A DNA stretch of 37,730 nucleotides. Origin: Spirogloea muscicola. Taxonomy: Eukaryota. The stretch spans positions 835,240 through 872,969 of the forward strand of contig WELB01000017.1 in assembly GCA_009602725.1 (NCBI GenBank). Direction: 5' to 3'. The translations under genes and the position numbers were made by a program. Below the pieces are notes generated by a model. The model saw nothing but the letters and a program-made list of their open reading frames with translations, searched no databases and was not told the origin of the DNA. Below, in pieces: positions 21,989 to 33,055 of this stretch; positions within the stretch are counted from its first letter, which is position 1, and each line of letters begins with the position of its first letter.

Positions 21989-24900
21989 CCGCTGTCCGCG
22001 CCGCCGCCGCCCGGCCGCGGCAATGGGCCCGCCGGCGGCGGCGAGGCGCAGGCTGTGGCGCAGGCGCAGCTCCAGGACCAGCAGCAGCAGCGCGACGTCG
22101 CCGAGCTGAAGGAGCTAGAGCGGCAGTGGATGAAGGCTGCGGGCATGCAGTCGGATCTGCTCGTCTCCGTCGGCGGAGTCGAGTACTCGGTCCACAAGTT
22201 CCCACTCTACTCCAAGACTGACTACTTCTCCCGCATCGCGAAAGACGATGAGGCCTCCGGAAAGACGCATGTCGAGGTCGTGGGCCTCCCTGGCACTGAG
22301 CACATTTTCAAGCTCGTCGCCAATTTCTGCTACGGCCTCAGCCTCAACATCGACCCGAGTAACATCGCGCAGCTGCGCTGTGCTGGTGAGCTCCATCTGC
22401 CAGCCTGCAGCCACGACCAGCTTGCTCAAAGCTCCAGGGACTTGGTGCGGATGCCATCAATGACGACCTTCCGCGTCCTCTGACCATGCTGCTTCACAGC
22501 CACATACCTCCATATGGACGACGACACGAGGTCGGGCATGGGTTACGAGGGGAATCTTGTGTCATGGGCGGAGCAATATCTTCAGGAGTACCTCAAGGAC
22601 TGGAGAAAAGCTGCCATCATCTTACAAGCATGCGGCACACTCCAGCCCATGGCAACCAATCTCGGCCTCGTCTCTCGTTGTGTTGACGCCCTCACAGCAG
22701 CCTCGGCGCAGCAGTACAAGGAGGTGAGATCAGCACGCACAGGAAGTAGGAGCAGCGGCCAAAATTACATAACTATCTGGTTGAATGGACATTGCGTGGA
22801 CAATGAAAGTAGGACTGAGGAGATTGAATTCAGCATACTTTGTCAGGCAGGATATTCCCCACACATGACTGGAGCTCGTAGCCAACACCTGCACAGCATG
22901 ACTATCAAGAAAAGATGAATGATGGATGCTTTGAGACGACTGAGGAAGGTACACAATGGGCAGAGTGTCTCATTGACACACTGATTATCTTTGCAGGAGG
23001 CTCGTCTTACGGAGCCCATATTCATGGCCCAGCCCATACTGGATCTTCAACTTGACATGTTCAAGAGATTGACAGAAGGCCTGCGCGAGAATGGTGTGCC
23101 AGAAGTCGACATCAGTCGCTTGATTGAAGCCTACGGCCATCGCTGGCTACCCGACCTCACGCAACTACTTGTTCTCATGGAGAGCCCTCAGGTGCTTCTT
23201 AGCTTCTTCTTGAATACAAGCTGCACCAGCACATCTCGAAGATTGTCCAGATTATCTACAAGTAAGAAGGCAGGGGGCTTTTGCGGCAGTCAAGAGAATT
23301 TGTGATTTAATCTTAATAGCATTGAGTCTTTGCCATTCACTGCAGGCAGATACATCCATGTTCTCTGTATGGCGGAACACTCTTGAAGTATTGGCGCAGT
23401 TGCTTCCAAGGGACAAGAGCGCAATTTCCATGGCCCACATCCTTCGTCTCTTGCGTATGTCCATGGCTCTTAAGACCAGGTTGTGACCTTCATACCTCAT
23501 GACGCTTGACCTGAGGTCGTTGAGCATTGCCCTCAATGCAAGGCTGACATTGCTGATTGTCAAGATGGATGTGACGAGCCTGCTATAGCTTATAAGCAGT
23601 AATTTGGACCTGCAGTCACCAACTCCCTGTGAAGCAGTCAGCCGATGAGTTGCTGCGCTGAGCTTGGTTGTCGCAGTAAGGACTCGAGAAGTCAGCTACA
23701 CAAACGAGCCGGGGAGCACTTCAACCAGGCTAATGTCGCCGACCTTCTACTTCTTGAAATCAGTGACGTTCAGGTAGTTTCGAAATGTCGTGAAACAACA
23801 GCTTACAATTACCCAACTTTGTGTAGGATGTATGCACTTGCACCTGTGGAAAAGTCTGTTATGTCCACCTGGAAATCCAAGTGTGTGCCAAGGACTACAT
23901 AAGCGCAGCTCTTGATGCGGTCGGCTGTTGCCACCACGCCAGACTGCATAAGCCGAGCAGGCCTTCCGATTTCTGCTTGATGCCAGGGCTTGGTTACACG
24001 TTTCACGTCTGAAGAACACGTCAGTATGCTGTCCGAAGCTGGAAAGGCAGTCCAGGCAGCTGCAGCTCTTGTTGACAGTTATCTCCAGGAGGCTTCGAAG
24101 GATGTCAAGGGGGTCAATATTGTCTCTTTCAAGTCGCTTGCCACTTGCCTTCCGCCAGAGTCACGCCCTAGTCATGACGCACTCTACTGGGCAATTGCAA
24201 GCTTTGTCGATGCAAATGGCCAGGTGAGCCTTCTGAGACATCGACGTTATAGTAACTAAGACTTCATGAAATGTACGACCCACTGGCACGGGCACGTTGT
24301 AATGACTTCATAGCATTGTATCGTTTCTCGTGCATTTTACTGGGACTATGCACTATCCTTAACATTGACGAACATTGCCGCAGACATTAACAGCAGTGTC
24401 TAGGGAACACGACCTTCTGGACTTGCTGAACATCCTCTCGGCAGCGCGGTGTTCTGAGGCAGTTGCTGAGCACGCCAGCAAATTCAAGGTATTACAAGTG
24501 CAGTGTGGTCAGGTTGTTGAATGGTCATACAGGTACAGACCACATTAATAATTACTAGCAACCATTGGCCTGCGGCATGATGCTTCATTAGCTTCTGCTC
24601 CTGTGCACCGTCATGAGCTTGCTCTCCTCTTCATTGAAGACCTCCTCAGGTTGAGGTCCATTATTACCTGACTGCGTGATTGTCCAGGCGTGGCCGCTCC
24701 CATTTGTAGCCGATGTGCTAGTGTGGCAGAAATTGTACTACAAGGAGAAAGCCGACCTAGTAGTCAAAAGGCATCAAGGCCTGTTGGAGGCTTGTCAACT
24801 GGCAGCAGTAGACAACACGAAGCTCAAGGTAAACGGTAATTTAGGTCTACACTTTTTGCTACCATCATACGGGACCACTCCTAGAGCTAAGTGTGGTAAG

Positions 24901-25423
24901 AACGCAGCTTTCATCGTGCAAAACTGCAACCCAAAGATCAGAGTGCTTGCAGTAGCAAGGTCTGAAAGTTCACACATTTGTCCTTGTGTAAACAGCAAGC
25001 AAGTGAGGAGCTGCAGGCGCGCTTGAAAATGGCAGAGGCGACTGTCATCAGTGCGCGTGCATCATTGCGGGAAGAGACGCAGGAAGTGACAGAGGAGCTG
25101 GTGAAATTTAAGAACAGCAACAACGAGCTCGATGGCTTGATTGACGCCCTCAAGGTCAGCTTGCTATGCTTGCAACAAATTCTCATTTCTCAGACAGTTG
25201 TGAGCTGGTAATGTAGGACACTGCGAAGTGCACAAGGCAGCATGCATGAGAAGTTCCTTATCACTCTGTGCTCGAGCATGCCTTGCTAACTAGGCATTTA
25301 TTATCCTTGTATCAGGATGAAAACATGAGCCTGCAAACAAAGAGGCAGGGACTATTCAGCTGCTTCAATTTCAGGCCAAGCAGTAAGCATAATGTCATAC
25401 ACAGGTCAACTAGCATCGATTGA
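21989..25423 (+). CDS. NPH3/RPT2-like (NRL) protein C: BTB + NPH3 + coiled coil, 5' end in gap
   Basis: 10 exons: <21989-22385, 22500-22723, 22997-23191, 23346-23479, 23677-23773, 23987-24223, 24384-24488, 24688-24828, 24996-25154, 25316-25423. Motifs YSVHKFPLYSK, FKLVANFCYG, QANVADLLL, LVDSYL, SRPSHDALYWAI. Ends HRSTSID*. Confidence 0.92.
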
Positions 25424-26234
25424 GTTCATTGCAAAGTGAGTCAGCCTGCATAGCCATCCAGAGGGTGAGGTCATATATTACAAATTCACCTCGTATCTCA
25501 CCAAGGTGCTTCTGCACAGTCAAGGTGATGAGGCCAAGGTACCTAACGTCAACGTCAATGTCAACACCTAAGTGATGTAGTCAAGTCGTCACTAGTAGTA
25601 GAGTGGAAAACCATGAACTGCCTGGTTGCAATCTCACATGCGTTCCATGCTTTTCCATATAGTTGGAGCAGCACCAATATTCAAAGTCAACGGAATGGAA
25701 GCTGAGCCAGCAGCCCAGGGTCAGGAGAAAGTCAATGCTGCATGATCTCCCTATCGTGCCCCTATTTGAATGAAGTACTCATGAGCAGCTGGCTAGTCAT
25801 GGGTCCTTCTGGAATATTGATAGATGTAATTGTACAGCTGTACCAAGAAGGTACACAAATATAGAGTACCGCCTACTAGTGTGCAGCTTGATTGCTAGCT
25901 GCAGTGTTCCAGCTTGCAATGTGCATGGCGGCCACCTTTGGTGCACTGACAGTAAGCTGTGGCCCATTGGAATGACTCGACCATAAACCAGGCTGTTGGG
26001 CGCCCTTTGGGGCTACTTAGACATACTTCTTGTGAAGTGTGGAGGATAGGCACAGAATTTGTTTGGCTGGTTTTCTCGGACATTTCCAAAACTTCAAGCT
26101 GACAATCCTAGACAGACAAGCTCAAATCATCTTGCTACTGCTCAAGCCAAAGGAAGTCATGTACTCGATGCCCCTTAAAAGTCAAAGCGTGCGATTCACC
26201 TTTGCCCTGCAACAGCAGTACATGTGCAGCCTTG

Positions 26235-26318
26235 GATGTGGTGTGAGAGAGCACCACATCACAATGAGGTGTGGTGAAAGTGAGCACCACATCACAATAC
26301 GTGTGATGTGGTGCTCAC
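26235..26318. repeat. Direct plus inverted repeat array with a perfect 17-bp hairpin
   Basis: GAGCACCACATCACAAT occurs twice. GTGAGCACCACATCACA (26280-26296) pairs with TGTGATGTGGTGCTCAC (26302-26318) across a 5-nt loop. Confidence 0.9.
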
Positions 26319-26699
26319 AATCAGGAAGTGAGCTCAAATTACGCGAAAGTGCGAATCATATCACATGTATTGAGATGGGATGGGATGCTCGGTTGAGCTC
26401 TTGCATGATACATGACCAGGTCGGTTGCAAGCTTATTGAGTTCCTTGTTGACAACATAGACTGCTTTCTCAGAGGGCACAGTATGACAAAGCGTAAGCTG
26501 GCGAGGCCAATGCAGTGTGATCACGAAGGAGCGTGAGGGATGTCGTGATACGTCAACTAAAACTCATTTCTGGGCATCTATATGACACGTGACCTTATGT
26601 TTGTGGCAGTTCAGCTGGATAGCAATATGTAGCTTGGCCATCATGTTCATTTCTCCGCAAGAAATATAACTGCTGCAAATGTGACTTGCAGCAGCTTTC

Positions 26700-27345
26700 G
26701 AGTGTTGCAGCAATCCCTGACTTGCCTTGCATCTACGTGCTGGCTGTACCCCTACCTGCCGCCTCAGGCTACCTCGGGTTATTAGTGGGCAATTCCTTTG
26801 CCTAGTCCCTTCTCTTTGGGGCTGGCCTTACGCAGCCATTGCCTGTTCTTTATGAGATTCTTCTTTTCGGCCTTTGGACCTTGTCCAGATTTTTGGGCTG
26901 GCCTTTGAATTTTCTGTTTGCGCCTCCTTCTGAGGCGAAAGAATGAAAGCGTGCTTGGAGAGCTTCTGGATATTGGCTGCGATCGTACCGACTTGCAGTT
27001 ACTCATCACCATTCTTAAGTGGCAGTCTGTATTCCGCCACTTGCTTCTCTCAGTAGTCCTGCGCTTTCACCAGGCAGCCTTTGGACTTTGTCCAGTTCTC
27101 TGGGCCGTGAAAGAAGAAGGCTCGCCCATAAAGAAAGAGGGGCTGGCAAAGCCAGCCCAAAAAGAGTGGACAATGTCCAAAGCCGAAGAATGAGAAGCCG
27201 AGAAAGGCCAAGGGCTAGGCTTTCACAATGAATGGGAGAGCCACTTTGCGTAGTCCTTTTTCGGCACTTCTTTCATTGGCTTTGAACATTGTCCATTCTT
27301 TTCGGGCTGGCTTTGCCAGCCCTTCTTCTCTATGAGCGAGCTCTT
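26700..27345. mobile_element. Pile of degenerate CRE-like 3'-end relics
   Basis: LALHLRAG...AASGY relic at about 26720-26785, DLQLL relic at about 26990, and GGGCTGG tail motifs at about 26818, 26895, 27140 (-) and 27304. Confidence 0.72.
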
Positions 27346-27388
27346 TAGTTACTTTCACAATCGCTAGCGTGCTTTTGCGCTTTACTTT

Positions 27389-28291
27389 AAGAAGAAAGTG
27401 CTCGCCCATTGAGAAAAGGGGCTGGAACAACCAGCCCGAAAAAGAATGAACAGAGTACGAGAAGGGGGCCAGGGGAAGCGCTAAGTAACAGAAACAAAGC
27501 TGCTACGAGACACTCAGTAACCCCTGCTAAGCAGCCGCAGATCAGAGATGCTGGGCTCCTGGAAGTGGGTCCCCTGGCCAGAGCCAGAGGCAGCAGCGAG
27601 GGCTCTGCCGGCACGAAGGTGCAGCGCCCGGGCCATGGACCTCTGCAGCGAGACGGCCAGGCGCATTCGATACACTTGCGCCAGCGACCCGGCTGCAGGG
27701 AAGTCAACCGGCTCCCCATGGAAGCGCCGGGCGATGGTGTGGCGGGCGAGCTGGGTGAGCAGCTCGAGCCACCGAGCGCCCAGCGCCCCATGTGTGTCGA
27801 TGGCCAACGGGAAGAACTCGTCTTCCCGCGGATGATCCGCGTACTTCAGCTCTTTGGCCCGAGCAGCGCAGGCGACCGCATACCCAGCCGTGGTGGCACA
27901 TTTGGCTGGGTGTGAGCGGTCATAGGCATCAGTAGTCACCACGTCCAGGAGAAGACGTGGCCCGCCGGCCTGTCGGGTGGCCACCAGGTCTACACGCCTG
28001 GCATGGAGACCGTCGGCCCTGTGCTGGATTGGCATGATTCCGGAGTGCTCTGCTGCCACGGAGAAACCAGCCTCCAACAGGATGCCATGCATTACGTCGC
28101 GGAGGCGGTCGTGGGCCGCTGTCCGCTCTCCGCCGTGGGAACAGCGCAGAACATGAGCAGCCAGCTCTCCAGGCTCGGTCCCGCGCTCGCCACACTCACA
28201 TTGACGCACACCCTGGAGACATGGCGGCAGTAGGCCCAGGAGCCGGTGGACGGCACTTCGGAATACCTCGTCCGGGAGGGTGAGGGCGTCG
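27389..28291 (-). mobile_element. Young 5'-truncated E3 copy (zinc knuckle + RLE, intact frame) with 8-bp TSD
   Basis: ORF 27514..28308 contains CECG...HVLRC, ERTAAHD, RRVDLV, LLDVVTT, KELKY, FFPLAIDTHG. TTTACTTT occurs at 27381-27388 and 28292-28299. Confidence 0.92.
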
Positions 28292-28751
28292 TTTACTTTG
28301 GCCCCCACTGAACTTTGTTCATTCCTTTTCTTACGTTGAAGAGCTATTCCTTCTTTCTTGGCATAAGAGCTTGTGTCCGAGCGAAGTTACACGGGCTGTG
28401 GGCTTCATTAGGCGCCGATGTGACGCTGGCGCTGACAAAAGCTGGCGCTGACGCTGGCCCCCCAAAGTTCCTCGCCGGCACAGCCGAGCCGAGCTCGCCG
28501 CAGGCAGGCCCGTGGCGGCTGCGCCGTTGCAGCGCCGGCGGCGGCGGCGACGGAAACGGCGCCGGCGGCGGTGGGTGCCTTGGATAAGAAGGAGCGGCAG
28601 GCGGCGACGGCGCCGGGCCGACGGCGCACAGAAGCTGCGGCGGCGGCGCCAGCGGGGGCGGCCGGACCGCCGGGCATAGGCTTAGGGTTCAGGGTGTAAG
28701 GGTCAGGGCTCAGGTCCTGCAAGAGCGGCGGCGGCGGCGGCGGCGGCAGCC

Positions 28752-31700
28752 ATGGCGGCGGACGGCGGCTCGTTCGAGGTGGACCTCCCCGGTGCGGCGC
28801 CCGGCGCGGTCGTGACGCGCTTCCCGCCGGAGCCCAGCGGGTACCTCCACATCGGGCACGCCAAGGCCGCTTTGCTTGACCAGTACTTTGCGCGCAAATA
28901 CGGCGGCCGCCTCATTGTTCGCTTCGACGACACCAACCCGGCCAAGGAGAAGGAGGAGTTCGTGGACGAAATCCTGGCCGACCTTGCCACGCTCGGGATC
29001 AAAGCCGACCAGATTACCTACACTTCCGACTACTTCCCGCAGCTCCTGGTGAGGTTCAGGCTTTAGGGTCCAGGGTTTAGGGTTAAGGTCAAGGGGTTTG
29101 GGATTTAGGGTTTAGGGCTGTGGCTTCTGCTGCAGTCTGTTGTGATGCCTCTGCTGGCATTTCCTTTTCGTAGTCTTGTCCTGGATATATTTTACTTTGC
29201 GCTCCCCAGCCGCAAGCAGAGGCCAAATTGCTATATGACCCCACAGAACTCTGAGCTGATTATCATTGTGATATAGTCTAAGTCATTCCTGACTCTGCTG
29301 CATACCATTTGGTGGCGGGCTACATTTGCATAGGAGCTGGCAGAGAACCTCATTGGGGAGGGGAAGGCGTACGTGGACGACACGGCGCTGGAGCGCATGC
29401 GCGAGGAGCGCATGGAAGGCATCGAGTCCGTGCGGCGCAGCCAGGCCGTGAATGAGAACATCCGAATGTGGCAGGAGATGAAGGCTGGGTCGTCGGCGGG
29501 CCGGATGTGCTGCCTCCGAGGCAAGATGGACATGACTGTGAGCGCTCCTGCAGCCTCCCACCCAATCTCGCGCCGTCCATCCCTGATCAAACTCTTGACG
29601 ACGGCTTTTAGGGGTTGGTGTTAGGATCTTGGTGTTTGCTGAATCCTGAAGCACATAAGGGTTGAAATGGTTGGTCAGGGTGTTAGGCTAAGGCCTCTGA
29701 GTCAATGGCAGGATTCAGATTAAGATATTGGGTGAAGGAGGGTGAAAGATTGAATCGTATTGATCTCAGGTAGAAGGTCAGGTTAAGTCTTTGTCTTCGT
29801 CCTCCGTCTGGCTCTGAGTGCCTATAATTATCTCGTTTGTTAACGCTAAAAAATTGGTAAGCCTACCATTGCTGTCCTGGATTGACTGTTTTCTAAGTCC
29901 CATTGCTTCACAATGTGGTGAGCTCATACAAGAACTGCATGTGCTGACCACGGCCAGGCGGCGAACAAGGCGATGCGAGACCCGGTGTACTATCGCTGCT
30001 TGCTGATGCCGCATCACCGTGTTGGGGACAAGTACAATGTGTACCCCACGTATGACTTTGCATGCCCAGTGGTGGACAGCGTTGAGGGCGTCACACATGC
30101 ACTGCGGTCTAGCGAGTACCACGATCGCAATGAGCAGTACTATCGCGTACTGGAGGTGAACCTCCACTTAACCCTTGCACACTATTCTCCATATAAGCTT
30201 GCGCTTCTGAAGGTTCAGGATCATGTCTCAGCTTTATTGTGAGGCTGTTCAGTAAGCAGAATGCCTGTGCCGGATATCGACTTGGATGGGTGCGCAAATG
30301 TTGCGTTCTGGTAAAGACCATGGTTGAGCAGATTCTAAATGCATATATGCCCCTCCTGCCTCCTAACCATCAATTTGCTCGACTCTGCTGACAGTGATTG
30401 GCACCTTGTCGTCCAACAGGACCTGGGACTTCGCAAGGTGCACGTCTGGGACTTCAGCCGCCTCAACTTCCAGTACACACTGCTGTCTAAGCGCAAGCTG
30501 CAGTGGTTTGTAGACAACGGCAAGGTCGAGGGTTGGGACGACCCACGATTCCCTACCGTGCAAGGCTTGGTGCGCCGGGGACTCACTGTCGAGGCGCTCA
30601 CGCAGTTCATCTTATCCCAGGTGTTGCTCCCTTGCAGTCAAGCTCTTGATACACTTATGCCGAGCCCACTATTGTACATATGTAGTGCACTTTGCTCATA
30701 GAGCAGTTTGTCGCTCTTGCTTTAAGTGGTGTACTGCTCTTTTTTAACGATGTCTTATCTGCTACAAAATATTTCTGGCTCAGCTCTTCCCCTGATAAGA
30801 CATGTGCTACGTATACGAAGCTTGGGGTGACATACAATTTCCTAGGAGGCATGCTCTCCAATTGCTCAATCTATCATTGGTCATAGCAAATAGTTGAGAG
30901 TATCTGTTCAGCAGATTGAGAAAAGTTAGTTGCTGGTCCAGATGTTGAAACTCCAGATGTGATACTCCAATTCAGGGCGCTTCCAAGAATCTAAATTTGA
31001 TGGAGATGGACAAGCTTTGGACAATGAACAAGAAGGTCATTGACCCCGTATGTCCGCGGCACACTGCCGTGCTGGTGGACGGCCGCGTGCCCTTGGAGCT
31101 TGCCAATGGGCCGGAGGAGCCATTTGTGCGCGTTGTGCCCAAGCACAAGAAGTACGAGCCCGCTGGTGAGGAATTCAGAGGCTCAGGGCTTAAGCCATTA
31201 CTAACTTGATTCAGAGCTAGGGTCAATGCTTCAGGGTCTGGATCAGGACTAACGTGCTCTGGTTGCTCGATATGGTGTATGGACAGAATGCTGAAGAGGA
31301 CACTGCTTTCAGAGGGTCAAGGCTTCGTTTTCAGAGGGCCAAAGCCCATCTCATCTCTGTCCTTCATTTTGTTGTGGCTGGCAGGACTGAAGGCGACGAC
31401 TTTTGCACGGCGAGTCTGGCTTGAGCAAGCGGATGCTGCGGCGGTGGCTGAGGGCGAGGAGGTGACACTCATGGACTGGGGAAACGCCTTTGTGCGGCGG
31501 GTAGTGCGGACTGAAGACGGCGGCGCGGTGGCGGCACTGGAGGGAGACCTCCACATCGAGGGAGATGTGAAGAAGACCAAGCTGAAGCTCACATGGCTGG
31601 CCGACATGGACGAGCTTGTCCCGCTGACGCTCGTCGAGCTCGACAACCTGATCACGAAGAAGAAGGTACCGACGTCAATACCTCCCTCCCCTCTACTTAT

Positions 31701-32415
31701 ATGTGATCCAGACTTTCGAGCTTGCTATTTGTACTGATTCTCAGCTAGTATTTGGGCTTGGGGTCTCGATTGGCATGAGAAGCCTGATTGGCGTCAGAGC
31801 ATGACACAAGTTCGCTGTCACAGGTCGTGAGGGCTCAGAGGTTAGTGGCGATGCATAGGTAAAATAGTGCGATACATTGCAGTAGCTGGCTAACCTGAAG
31901 GGTGAGACTGCTTAATACTCACAAGCTGGCATGCGGCCTACTGCCAGCTGGAGGACGACGAGGACTTCACCACGGTTCTCAACCCGCGCACGCGAACGGA
32001 GACGGCGGCGTTGGGCGATGCTAACATGCGCAACGTGAAGAAGGGCGACATCCTGCAGCTGGAGCGCAAGGGCTACTTCATCTGCGACGCTCCGTACCTG
32101 CGCCAGACTCGACCGGCAGTGCTGATCGCCATCCCGGACGGGCGCGCGCCCAAGGCCAAGGAGGCGCCGCCTGCTGCAGCGGCAGTGCCTGAGCCGCCGA
32201 AGCTGTCCAAGAAGCAGCGCGAGGCAGCCAAGCGGGAGGCGCAGAGGAAGAAGGAGCAGGAGAAGCTCGCAGAGGGCGGAGCTGAGCCGCCCGCCACCGC
32301 CGAGGGCAGCACCGAGAACGGGCTGCTGCGGCCGGCGACGGACGAGCTGACTAGCCTGAGCCTGCAGGACGGAACGTCGGCGCCGACACAACAAGCAGCA
32401 ATGGAGCTGGTCTAG
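28752..32415 (+). CDS. Glutamyl-tRNA synthetase, eukaryotic cytosolic type
   Basis: Exons 28752-29048, 29334-29537, 29958-30155, 30420-30620, 30976-31165, 31385-31665, 31948-32415. Motifs [65 protein letters not shown]. Confidence 0.96.
29060..29118 (+). repeat. Degenerate TTTAGGG telomere-like tract in GluRS intron 1
   Basis: Four exact TTTAGGG copies plus variants. Weaker tracts at 28678-28712, 29606-29690 and 31174-31240. Confidence 0.8.
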
Positions 32416-32717
32416 ATCTGCTATGACTGGAAACCCACAAAACAAGTCCTTATCTTGTTCACAACCATACCTCGGTTCGCCGTCTCTCGAGCTTTGCTCA
32501 GCGTGCTCGGCTTCGCACACAGCGGCCGCCTCCCGGCTGCTGCGGCACAGCTGCGGCACGGTGCTGAAGAGGGCGAGGCTCGGCATGCCCAGCACCAGCC
32601 TGGACATCGGTGGCAGGCGACGCTTGCCGCCGCAGTTGGATCAAGATGGTGTCGGCGACTGAGAACAGAGCCGGTGACCCTGAATCCTTACACGTGAATC
32701 CTAACATAACTCAAAAT

Positions 32718-32905
32718 GGCTCTTTGATGTAAGGCAATGGCTGTGAAAGGCCAGCCCAAAGGACTGTACAAGGACTGAAAGGGGCCGAAGTGTGCAAAAA
32801 GCATGAAAGCTGTTTTTCATGAATCCCTGTGAGTGGGCGCTCACTGACCTCTAGTCGGCAAGTGCAGATCAGGACTCGAAAGCCCGTATCCTTGACCCCG
32901 GAGAT
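32718..32905 (-). mobile_element. 3'-end relic of another CRE-like subfamily
   Basis: Minus strand translates LRGQGYGLSSPDLHLPTRGQ* (stop 32843-32841), followed by tail TTTGGGCTGGCCTTTCACAGCCATTGCC. Confidence 0.75.
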
Positions 32906-33055
32906 CTCCCAACATCTTCAATCAAAACCGTAAACTTATGGACTTCTCTGAAGGGAGGTGGTGTAGACCGGTGTCCTCCTTGGACGTCGCGTCAACGCGG
33001 TGGTTACAACGGTCCGCTGCCGCCGCCGGCGCCGCTGGCGCCGCCGCCGCCGCCG

